In this document: positions 8,938 to 15,910 of the stretch, one piece after another
Layout of the letters: each line of letters begins with the position of its first letter
Position numbering within the stretch: position 1 is the stretch's first letter
Origin: a bacterium
GTDB lineage: Bacteria; Zhuqueibacterota; Zhuqueibacteria; Oceanimicrobiales; Oceanimicrobiaceae
Reading direction: 5' to 3'
Assembly (NCBI GenBank): GCA_037446635.1
Contig: JBBIIG010000073.1
Span: 1 to 19,240, forward strand
DNA: 19,240 bases
Translations under genes and position numbers: made by a program
Notes under the pieces: model-generated
Told to the model about the DNA's origin: nothing
The model's input: the letters and a program-made list of their open reading frames with translations, nothing else
Databases searched by the model: none

Positions 8938-10878
8938 TTAGTGCACTTGCTTGCTATCGACTTCTTGTTTAATCTGTTTGATGAAAGATTCCAAACTCGA
9001 TTTTCCCAGGTCGCCCTGTTTGCGTTTTCTCACCGCCACCAGATTGTTGGCCGCTTCCTCCTTGCCAACAATGAGCATATATGGCACCTTTTGAGTTTCG
9101 GCCATCCGAATCTTGTAACCGATCTTTTCGTTCTGCTCGTCCAATTCCACGCGAATGTCTTCAGCCTGGAGTTTCGATTTAACCTCCCGCGCATAACCGA
9201 GATATTCATCCGAAATGGGCAAAACCACCACTTGCACCGGCGCCAGCCAGACTGGAAACGCGCCAGCGTAATGCTCAATCAAAATGCCGATGAAGCGCTC
9301 CAGCGACCCAAACGGCGCGCGGTGAATCACCACGGGCCGGTGCTTTTGGTTGTCGCTGCCAACAAATTCCAGATCGAAGCGCTCGGGCATCACGTAGTCA
9401 ATTTGCACCGTTCCCAATTGCCAAGAGCGGCCCAGCACGTCGCGGATCAGAAAATCGATCTTCGGGCCGTAAAAAGCCGCTTCGCCTTTGGCTTCGTAGT
9501 AGTCGAGTTTCATGATGTCGGCGGCTTCTTTGATTTCGCGTTCGGCGCGAATCCACATATCTTCGCTGCCGCCGTACTTTTCGGGATTTTTCGGATCTCG
9601 GAAAGACAATTGTGTTTTGAAATCCTTGAAGCCGAGCGTTCCAAAAACCAGTTGGATTAAATCGATGACATCACACAATTCATCTTTCAACTGATCGTGC
9701 CGGACAAACATGTGCGAATCATCCACCGTGAAACTGCGGACGCGAACGAGTCCGCTCAACTCTCCGGACTGCTCGTAACGATAGACGGTGCCAAACTCCG
9801 CTAATCGTACCGGCAAATCCCGGTAGCTGCGCGGCTTGGCAGCATAAATTTGAAAATGGTGCGGACAGTTCATGGGTTTGAGCAGATATTCCTGCTCTTC
9901 CACTTTAAGCGGCGCAAACTGACTGTCTTTGTAGTACGGGTAGTGTCCGCTGGTTTTGTACAATTCGATGTTGCCGATGTGCGGTGTCACCACTGGCAGA
10001 TACCCGCGCTTGCGCTGTTCTTCGCGCAAAAAAGTCTCGAGCGTCTCGCGGACAATCGTTCCCTTTGGCAGCCACAGCGGCAGCCCTCCGCCGACTTTGG
10101 GCGTCAGCAAAAACAACTCCAACTCTTTGCCTAACTTTTTGTGATCGCGGCGCTTGGCTTCTTCTAAATTTTTTAGAAATTCATCTAAGCGTTTTTTTTC
10201 CGGGAACGAGATGCCGTAAATGCGCTGCAGCATCTTGTTTTTTTCATCGCCGCGCCAGTACGCGCCGGCGATGTTCAGCAGCTTGAACGATTTGATTTTG
10301 CCGGTGGAAGGAATGTGCGGCCCGCGGCACAAATCGACGAACTCGCCCTCGCGGTAAATGCTGGGATGATCGTCCGGCATATCTTTGAGCAATTCGAGCT
10401 TGTAGCGATCTCCGACTTTTTTGAAAAGATCGACCGCCTCATTTTTGGAAAGCTCGCTGCGCTCGAATGGCCGATCGGCATCGATGATCTCCTGCATCTT
10501 CTGCTCGATGCGAACGAGATCGTCCTGCGTGAGGCGCGAGTCCACGTCGATGTCGTAATAAAAACCGTTTTCAATGGCCGGCCCGACGCCGAATTGCGCC
10601 TCCGGGTACAATTCCTTCACCGCGTGCGCCATGATATGCGATGTGCTGTGCCAGTAAGTGGATAGGCCTTCGGGATCATCAAAAGTGAGAATTCGGAGCT
10701 TGGCGTCTTCGTTGATCGGACGATTCAAATCAATGAGCTGGTCATCAACTTGCGCCACCACCGCTTTCTCTTTCAGCGACGGGTTATTGATGTGTTCGAT
10801 GATGTCTCGCGGTCGAATACCCTTTGGGTATTCTTTCGTGCGGCCATCCGGAAATTGAATTTTGATTTTCTCACCCAT
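8938..10878 (-). CDS. thrS: Threonine--tRNA ligase
   Basis: TGS domain, HSTSH and DLCRGPH editing motifs, KPMNCPHH, GEAAFYGPKID, IHRAPFGSLERF. Confidence 0.98.
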   Translation of the reverse strand: MGEKIKIQFPDGRTKEYPKGIRPRDIIEHINNPSLKEKAVVAQVDDQLIDLNRPINEDAKLRILTFDDPEGLSTYWHSTSHIMAHAVKELYPEAQFGVGPAIENGFYYDIDVDSRLTQDDLVRIEQKMQEIIDADRPFERSELSKNEAVDLFKKVGDRYKLELLKDMPDDHPSIYREGEFVDLCRGPHIPSTGKIKSFKLLNIAGAYWRGDEKNKMLQRIYGISFPEKKRLDEFLKNLEEAKRRDHKKLGKELELFLLTPKVGGGLPLWLPKGTIVRETLETFLREEQRKRGYLPVVTPHIGNIELYKTSGHYPYYKDSQFAPLKVEEQEYLLKPMNCPHHFQIYAAKPRSYRDLPVRLAEFGTVYRYEQSGELSGLVRVRSFTVDDSHMFVRHDQLKDELCDVIDLIQLVFGTLGFKDFKTQLSFRDPKNPEKYGGSEDMWIRAEREIKEAADIMKLDYYEAKGEAAFYGPKIDFLIRDVLGRSWQLGTVQIDYVMPERFDLEFVGSDNQKHRPVVIHRAPFGSLERFIGILIEHYAGAFPVWLAPVQVVVLPISDEYLGYAREVKSKLQAEDIRVELDEQNEKIGYKIRMAETQKVPYMLIVGKEEAANNLVAVRKRKQGDLGKSSLESFIKQIKQEVDSKQVH

Positions 10879-10884
10879 AATGAG

Positions 10885-10958
10885 TGGGCGCTACTGGACT
10901 TGAACCAGTGACCCCTTGCATGTCAAGCAAGTACTCTAACCAGCTGAGCTAAGCGCCC
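10885..10958 (-). tRNA. tRNA-Val(GAC), CCA not encoded
   Basis: GGGCGCTTAGCTCAGCTGGTTAGAGTA-CTTGC-TT-GAC-AT-GCAAG-GGGTCACTGGTTCAAGTCCAGTAGCGCCCA forms a cloverleaf with anticodon GAC. Confidence 0.96.
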
Positions 10959-10981
10959 GTTTTTTATCAACTAAAAAATGC

Positions 10982-11018
10982 AAAAAAGCGTGCCAATAAC
11001 GAACCTTGCACGCTTTTT
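10982..11018 (-). terminator. Intrinsic terminator-like hairpin (possibly bidirectional or an attenuator) upstream of tRNA-Val
   Basis: aaaaagcgtgc (10983-10993) / gcacgcttttt (11008-11018), followed by U6-GCA-U6 on the minus strand. Confidence 0.65.
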
Positions 11019-11114
11019 AATCAGGAGTTAAACACGTGATTTTTCAACTTTTTGATCCCACCGGCACGTGGCTGGATGCGCTCCCAATTAACAGGTAAAC
11101 TTAAATTTAGGCAA

Positions 11115-11143
11115 AATTTAACAGGAAATGGCTAAAAAGTCAA
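11115..11143 (-). promoter_or_regulatory. Sigma70-type promoter for the tRNA-Val/thrS operon
   Basis: TTGACT (11143-11138) - 17 nt - TAAATT (11120-11115), with a TGn extended -10 and an A-rich upstream tract. Confidence 0.7.
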
Positions 11144-11187
11144 GCTATTTTTTCTGAGCTTAAATGGCGCGTAAAAGGGTATTTTCC

Positions 11188-12060
11188 TCACTTTACATGC
11201 TCGTCGGCATGATAGGAACTGCGAACCAGCGGGCCGGACTCCACGTGGCGGAAGCCCATGCGCAAGCCCTCGCGTTTCAGCATGGCGAATTCGTCCGGGG
11301 GCACGAAGCGATCAACAGGCAGGTGCTCTTTCGTCGGCTGCAGGTATTGCCCGAGCGTCAAAATATCCACTTGCATGGCGCTTAAATCCGCCATCACCGC
11401 CAGCACTTCTTCGGTACTTTCGCCAATTCCCAACATCAGTCCGGACTTGGTGGTCATCCCTTTTTCTTTTGCGTATTTCAAAACGCTCAGCGTCCACTCG
11501 TAGCGCCCCTGCGGGCGCACTGGCCGATACAAGCGCGGCACGGTTTCCGTGTTGTGGTTCAAAATATCCGGCCGAACAGCAATGACTTTTTGCAGGGCAA
11601 TCAAATCGCCTTTGAAATCCGGAATCAGCACTTCCACCCGGCATTCTGGTGCCTTGTCGCGGATTTGCCGAATGGTCTCCGCGAAAATCCCGGCACCGCC
11701 GTCCGGCAACTCGTCGCGATTGACGGAGGTAATCACGGCATGTTTCAAATTCATCTTTTTGACGGCCTCAGCGACTCGCCGCGGCTCGTCGAGATCTAAA
11801 AATTGCGGGCGGCCGGTTTTCACCGCGCAGAATCCGCAACTGCGCGTGCAAACGTCGCCCAAAATCATGAACGTGGCGGTGCGCCGGCCCCAGCATTCGC
11901 CAATGTTCGGGCAGCGCGCTTCTTCGCAAACGGTGTGCAACCGTCCGGACTGCACAATGTTTTTGACTTCGTGGTACCCCTCTCCAGTAGGCAGCCGCAC
12001 CTTCAGCCACTCGGGGCGCCGTGGCGGTAAAACTGAATTGTCATTAACTATTTTTAGCAA
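11188..12060 (-). CDS. lipA: Lipoyl synthase
   Basis: [19 protein letters not shown] (LipA auxiliary cluster), CTRSCGFC (radical SAM), VRSSYHA. Confidence 0.98.
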   Translation of the reverse strand: MLKIVNDNSVLPPRRPEWLKVRLPTGEGYHEVKNIVQSGRLHTVCEEARCPNIGECWGRRTATFMILGDVCTRSCGFCAVKTGRPQFLDLDEPRRVAEAVKKMNLKHAVITSVNRDELPDGGAGIFAETIRQIRDKAPECRVEVLIPDFKGDLIALQKVIAVRPDILNHNTETVPRLYRPVRPQGRYEWTLSVLKYAKEKGMTTKSGLMLGIGESTEEVLAVMADLSAMQVDILTLGQYLQPTKEHLPVDRFVPPDEFAMLKREGLRMGFRHVESGPLVRSSYHADEHVK

Positions 12061-12103
12061 GATACCTTATCCCGGTTATGATATTCATTTAGCAGCAGGC
12101 GTT

Positions 12104-12236
12104 AAAATCCGATATCCGAAAATCGAAACAACTTTAAAATTCCCAAATTCAACAAAACTAGCGAGAGTTTTTGTCATTAGAAATTAAATTTGAAATTCGC
12201 GCTTGTTTCGTTTTTCGGATTTCGATATTCGAATTC
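12104..12236. repeat. AT-rich inverted repeat built from degenerate ~7-mer units (AAATCCG/AAATTCG-like)
   Basis: atccgaaaatcgaaacaa (12114-12131) pairs 17/18 with ttgtttcgtttttcggat (12203-12220). Periodic ttcggat/ttcgata/ttcgaat units and inner acaaaac/gtttttgt arms are also present. Confidence 0.7.
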
Positions 12237-12246
12237 TTTCACCATC

Positions 12247-13605
12247 TCAGAGATTCAAATTCTTCGTGTCGTAATTGCTCAAATAGTAGGCAATGCGGTC
12301 CAAAAACTGGCCGGCCAGCGCGCCGTCGACGATGCGGTGATCAAATGACAACGAAATGTACATCATGTCGCGGATGGCGATGGCGTCGTTGATCACCACC
12401 GGCCGCTTTTGAATGACGCCCACGCCCAAAATCGCCACCTGCGGCTGGTTGATGATCGGGAATCCCATGATGCTGCCGAAGCTGCCCATATTGGTGATCG
12501 AGAAGGTGCCGTCTTGCACTTCGTCGGGTTTGAGTTTTCTCGTCCGCGCTCTTTGCGCCAAATCGTTCACGGCGCGCGCCAGCCCAAGAATGTTCAATCC
12601 ATCCGCCCCTTTGATGACCGGCACGATGAGGCCGTTGTTTTCCAGCGCCACGGCCATCCCCACGTTGATATATTTTTTGCGGATAATTTTTTCGTCCTGC
12701 ACCGAACTGTTCACCAAAGGATAATCGCGCAGCGCCAGCGCGCTCGCCTGCACGATGAACGGCATATAGGTCAGTTTGAATCCCTCGCGCTTTTGAAATT
12801 CATCTTTGTGTTTTTCGCGGTAGCGCACGAGACTGGTCATGTCGGCTTCGCTCACCGCAAAGACGTGCGGCGAAGTTTGCACGCTGTTCACCATATGCGC
12901 CGCAATGGATTTGCGCATGTGATCCATTGGGATGATTTCAATGCGGTCGTCGGAAAACTCCGGCTGTGTCGGTGGAACGTACGCCGGGGCCGCTTTGGGT
13001 TTGGCTGCTGGAGCGCCGGTTTTGCGCTGTGCGAGATAATTCAAAATATCATTTTTAGTCACGCGGCCGCTTAAGCCCGTGCCCTCGATCTGCTCCAATT
13101 CCTCAACTGTAACCCCCTCGCTTTTGGCGATGCTGCGCACCAGCGGCGAGTAGAATTTTTTACCATCGGTATCGGTTTTTGCTAAACTTGGAACGTGCTC
13201 CCGTCCTACCTCAAGTGTCTTTGCCGCAGGTTTAGCCTCAACAGCGGGCTCCTTCTTAACCGCCGGTTCGGGTTTCGGAGCAGGCTTTGCCTCAGCGGTA
13301 GCCTCTTTTTTCTGTGCCTCTTTGGCCGGGGGCGCGGTCTCCTTCGTTGGCTGCGCCGCCACTCCCTCGGTTTCGATATGCGCAATCACCGAGCCGACCT
13401 TAACCGTTTCGCCTTCCGCTGCCAGCAGTTTGCTGATAACCCCGCTTTGCGGCGATGGGATCTCCGAATCCACTTTGTCCGTGCTGATTTCGAGGATGAT
13501 TTCATCCTTCTCGACTTTCTCGCCCTCCTTTTTCAGCCACTTGATGATGGTGCCTTCGGCGATGCTCTCCCCCATTTGGGGCATAACCATATCTACTTTT
13601 GCCAT
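12247..13605 (-). CDS. 2-oxoacid dehydrogenase complex E2 (dihydrolipoamide acyltransferase; SucB/BkdB-like)
   Basis: Lipoyl domain EISTDKVDSE, Ala/Pro/Lys/Glu linker, E3-binding domain (SPLVRSIA...GRVTKNDI), catalytic GTFSITN and DHRIVDG. Substrate specificity cannot be determined by eye. Confidence 0.95.
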   Translation of the reverse strand: MAKVDMVMPQMGESIAEGTIIKWLKKEGEKVEKDEIILEISTDKVDSEIPSPQSGVISKLLAAEGETVKVGSVIAHIETEGVAAQPTKETAPPAKEAQKKEATAEAKPAPKPEPAVKKEPAVEAKPAAKTLEVGREHVPSLAKTDTDGKKFYSPLVRSIAKSEGVTVEELEQIEGTGLSGRVTKNDILNYLAQRKTGAPAAKPKAAPAYVPPTQPEFSDDRIEIIPMDHMRKSIAAHMVNSVQTSPHVFAVSEADMTSLVRYREKHKDEFQKREGFKLTYMPFIVQASALALRDYPLVNSSVQDEKIIRKKYINVGMAVALENNGLIVPVIKGADGLNILGLARAVNDLAQRARTRKLKPDEVQDGTFSITNMGSFGSIMGFPIINQPQVAILGVGVIQKRPVVINDAIAIRDMMYISLSFDHRIVDGALAGQFLDRIAYYLSNYDTKNLNL

Positions 13606-13977
13606 TTATTTCTCCACCGTTTGTTTCAACTTGGGAATTGAATTGATGATTTCTATTATTTGCGCAGAATCGGCGCTCGCGCGTTGAATTTGCTCAACAC
13701 ATTTTTCGGCTTCTGCAATGATTTGCGAGACGAAAACACCTCTGTAAACAGAAGGATACGCGGATAATTTTTGAATCCCTTTGGTCAACTGGCTTTCGGC
13801 GCCCTTCAAATTCTTCATGACGAGATGATAGAAACCAGTCGAGAGCTGCACCAACCCCTGATAAAACCGCTTGGCCTCGTCGCGATCGTCCATCCACAGT
13901 TCTTCAAAGGTGTCGTGGGCCTCGAAGAAATAGCCGTTGTTAAAATAGTCGATGGCTTTTTGATAAAGATCAGCCAT
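13606..13977 (-). CDS. DUF309 domain protein
   Basis: FNNGYFFEAHDTFEELW...FYQGLVQL..GFYH signature. ATG 13977 directly follows the hicA remnant stop; the ORF track gives TTG 13992. Confidence 0.88.
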   Translation of the reverse strand: MADLYQKAIDYFNNGYFFEAHDTFEELWMDDRDEAKRFYQGLVQLSTGFYHLVMKNLKGAESQLTKGIQKLSAYPSVYRGVFVSQIIAEAEKCVEQIQRASADSAQIIEIINSIPKLKQTVEK

Positions 13978-13978
13978 T

Positions 13979-14164
13979 TCATAATTTCGCAATGAATTCC
14001 TCAGCCGACACTTTTGCCTGTTTCAGAATTCCTTTCAATATTCCAAAAAAGGAGAGGGAACAAGTCCCTTGCCCTCTAGGGGAAAGTTAGGATGGGGTCT
14101 GCTTTTGAGAAGATAACCCGATCCCAAACCATACAAATATTTCTGACATGGTGTACTTAGTCAC
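13979..14164 (-). pseudogene. hicA: Disrupted HicA-family toxin remnant
   Basis: 14044-13979 encodes GILKGILKQAKVSAEEFIAKL*, a typical HicA C-terminus. GTG-ACT-AAG at 14164 overlaps the end of hicB. The middle is unrelated sequence with an in-frame TAA and no GSH motif. Confidence 0.75.
14051..14098. repeat. Degenerate REP-like palindromic element inside hicA
   Basis: Minus strand ACCCCATCCTAACTTTCCCCTAGAGGGCAAGGGACTTGTTCCCTCTCC resembles the widespread CCCC-A-CCTAACC-TCCCC-n-GGGGA-GGG extragenic palindrome type. Confidence 0.55.
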
Positions 14165-14369
14165 CTACCGCAGCCTCAAATGTCGTCAAAATAGGATGCC
14201 CGTTTTCACTCAATGGGAATTCTTCGAGATAGAGCTCGGTCGCTTCTTTTAGATTTGCAATGGCTTCCTCTATGCTCGTACCTTGACTTACTGTTCTTAT
14301 TTCAGGACATTCGGCTACATACAAATCATCTTCCTTGTGAAGTACGGCTGAAAAAATTCGTGAAAGCAA
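14157..14369 (-). CDS. hicB: HicB-family antitoxin (short form, no DNA-binding domain)
   Basis: AVLHKEDDLYVAECPE...SQGTSIEEAIANLKEATELYLEE; GGAGG SD 9 nt before the TTG. Confidence 0.9.
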   Translation of the reverse strand: MLSRIFSAVLHKEDDLYVAECPEIRTVSQGTSIEEAIANLKEATELYLEEFPLSENGHPILTTFEAAVGD

Positions 14370-14400
14370 ATTCCAATACCTCCAGATATTTCAACGAACA

Positions 14401-14429
14401 ATTATAAAACATTCACAAGAAAAATTCAA
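14401..14429 (-). promoter_or_regulatory. Sigma70-type promoter upstream of hicB
   Basis: TTGAAT (14429-14424) - 17 nt - TATAAT (14406-14401). Confidence 0.75.
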
Positions 14430-14804
14430 GGGGAAGTTGAGCGTGGTTTGCGGTGCCGGCGCCGGCCAACGCTTAATGCTTCCAGCAAAAGTCGCTGCAG
14501 CGGTTCAACCCGAATATCTTTCACTTCGCGAATCATCACGTAGCGTACCTGCTTGCCATCGCCGCTCCGCAAGCCTTCGGGATCATTTAAAAGAACGCCC
14601 CGCTCAAAGCCTAACTTGACGCCATCTTCTTGTGGAAAAATCCCGCAAAAATAACCGCTTTCGGGATGAGGGTAGCCGATGCCGCGCCATACGGGGTAGG
14701 CTTTTTCGCTGGCTGCGGGAACGGTTTTTTTGATAAGCTGAAGGAAGCGGTTGGCAAGTTTTCTTACATGCGGATTATAGTTGGAAAGGAGTTCTTCCGG
14801 TCAT
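14426..14804 (-). pseudogene. DUF1801 (YdhG-like) domain gene frameshifted immediately after its start codon
   Basis: Open frame 14800-14426 reads PEELLSNYNPHVRKLANRFLQLIKKTVPAASEKAYPVWRGIGYPHPESGYFCGIFPQEDGVKLGFERGVLLNDPEGLRSGDGKQVRYVMIREVKDIRVEPLQRLLLEAL... The ATG at 14804 is out of frame (ATGACCGGAAGAA versus expected M-T-P-E-E). Absent from the ORF track. Confidence 0.8.
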
Positions 14805-14902
14805 AGATTTCACAACTTCAAGTTAATGGCCAACTCACTGGGTGAGATGGTCATCAATAATTTTTGTTTTAGTCTTTTCAAAGATAAAAATTCATTTGGT
14901 CA

Positions 14903-15910
14903 CTACTTGCCGAGCATGTAAAGCTGCCAGAGGTCGCGGCTGCTGGTGTGCAGAAACGGCAGGATCGCCAATTTACCGGTTTTGCCGATGCTGCCTTCCA
15001 GGTAGCGCAGCTCGGTGAATTTTCCTTTGATTTCGGCGTCGGCGTTGATTTTGAAACCGGACTGCCGCAGCAGCAAAATGCCTTTGGCGCGAATCGCCAA
15101 TTCCAGGTGCAGCCGCAGCAGGCACAGCATGTCGGCCACCACCGGCCCGGGAAAATGGCTTTTGAGAGATTGTAAATATTCTCCCACGCGCGTTTCGGAA
15201 ATCCGGCCGGTGTCCAAAATATCCAACAGCTCCAGGTCGGTATCGAAGCCGACTCCCAGCCATTTGCGGGTGGCGCGCTCGCTTTGCTGAAACACCGCCA
15301 GCACCAAAACCGGCCAGGTTGCCAGCAGCGCCGCGGTGGTTATGATTGGCGGCAGCAAAAAGTGATTGAAGAAAGAGTGCACCACGATGGCCAGCAGCAG
15401 CGCGGGCGCAAAATTTATCAGCGCCGCCGACCGCCGACGCTCCGAGCGGCTCTGCGCTAAAATTCCAAAAAATGCGGTGGCGCCGCCGTGCATGATGGCG
15501 GTGCCGAACCCGCGCACGATCCACAACGCGAGGTTGGGATTGTCGAGCGCGCGCAGGTAATAAATATTTTCAACCAGCGCAAAGCCAGCTCCGATGGCAA
15601 AACCGTAAATGGCCGCGTCCACTAAAAATCCCACTTTTTTCGCGCGAATCAAATAAATTAAATAAAGCGCCTTCATTGACTCTTCAACAATCGGCGCCAC
15701 GTAGCGGGAGAAACTCCGCGAATCCATTTTAAGTAGATGCAGCAGCGCGCCATTCAAGTAAAAACAAATTGCGGCTGCGGCGCAGCCGGTTAGAATTGCG
15801 GCCGCCACGGCGCTCGGCTTCACCAATTTGTAACTGTCGAGAAAAATCAGCGCCACTAAAAAAATCAGAACCGGCGCCAGGCTGACCGCGAGTTCCACCA
15901 TCTCCTTCAT
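14903..15910 (-). CDS. PrsW-family glutamic-type intramembrane protease with a C-terminal soluble extension
   Basis: Multiple TM helices; APIVEESMK (EExxK), GFALVEN (FxxxE), AIMH and HSFFN motifs. ATG 15910 overlaps the upstream stop (ATGA). Confidence 0.88.
   Translation of the reverse strand: MKEMVELAVSLAPVLIFLVALIFLDSYKLVKPSAVAAAILTGCAAAAICFYLNGALLHLLKMDSRSFSRYVAPIVEESMKALYLIYLIRAKKVGFLVDAAIYGFAIGAGFALVENIYYLRALDNPNLALWIVRGFGTAIMHGGATAFFGILAQSRSERRRSAALINFAPALLLAIVVHSFFNHFLLPPIITTAALLATWPVLVLAVFQQSERATRKWLGVGFDTDLELLDILDTGRISETRVGEYLQSLKSHFPGPVVADMLCLLRLHLELAIRAKGILLLRQSGFKINADAEIKGKFTELRYLEGSIGKTGKLAILPFLHTSSRDLWQLYMLGK

Noticed and set aside
8941..9660. 239-aa plus-strand ORF, and similar ones such as 1008-1541, 11549-12187, 12409-13074, 16576-17160 and 17965-18645
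   Set aside because: Antisense shadows of well-supported genes, with no recognisable motifs.
11036..11098. Plus-strand 20-aa ORF (GTG, MIFQLFDPTGTWLDALPINR) with an AGGAG SD
   Set aside because: Antisense to the leader; the AGGAG is one arm of the RNA stem, whose G-U pairs favour the minus strand. The peptide is not hydrophobic like a type I toxin.
10960..11110. T-box, SRP RNA or 6S RNA upstream of thrS
   Set aside because: No T-box GGUGGNACC consensus, no SRP GGAA-loop motif, and too short for 6S. Kept only as an unassigned structured leader.
13195..13370. Low-complexity Ala/Pro/Lys/Glu stretch in E2
   Set aside because: Normal flexible linker of 2-oxoacid dehydrogenase E2 subunits.
14437..14619. 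60-aa plus-strand ORF in the apparent intergenic gap
   Set aside because: It lies antisense to the DUF1801 reading frame, which explains the region better.
14826..14854. Small hairpin atggcca-a-ctcac-tgg-gtgag-a-tggtcat downstream of the PrsW gene
   Set aside because: Three-nt loop, an internal mismatch and no U tract on the coding strand; not supportable as a terminator.
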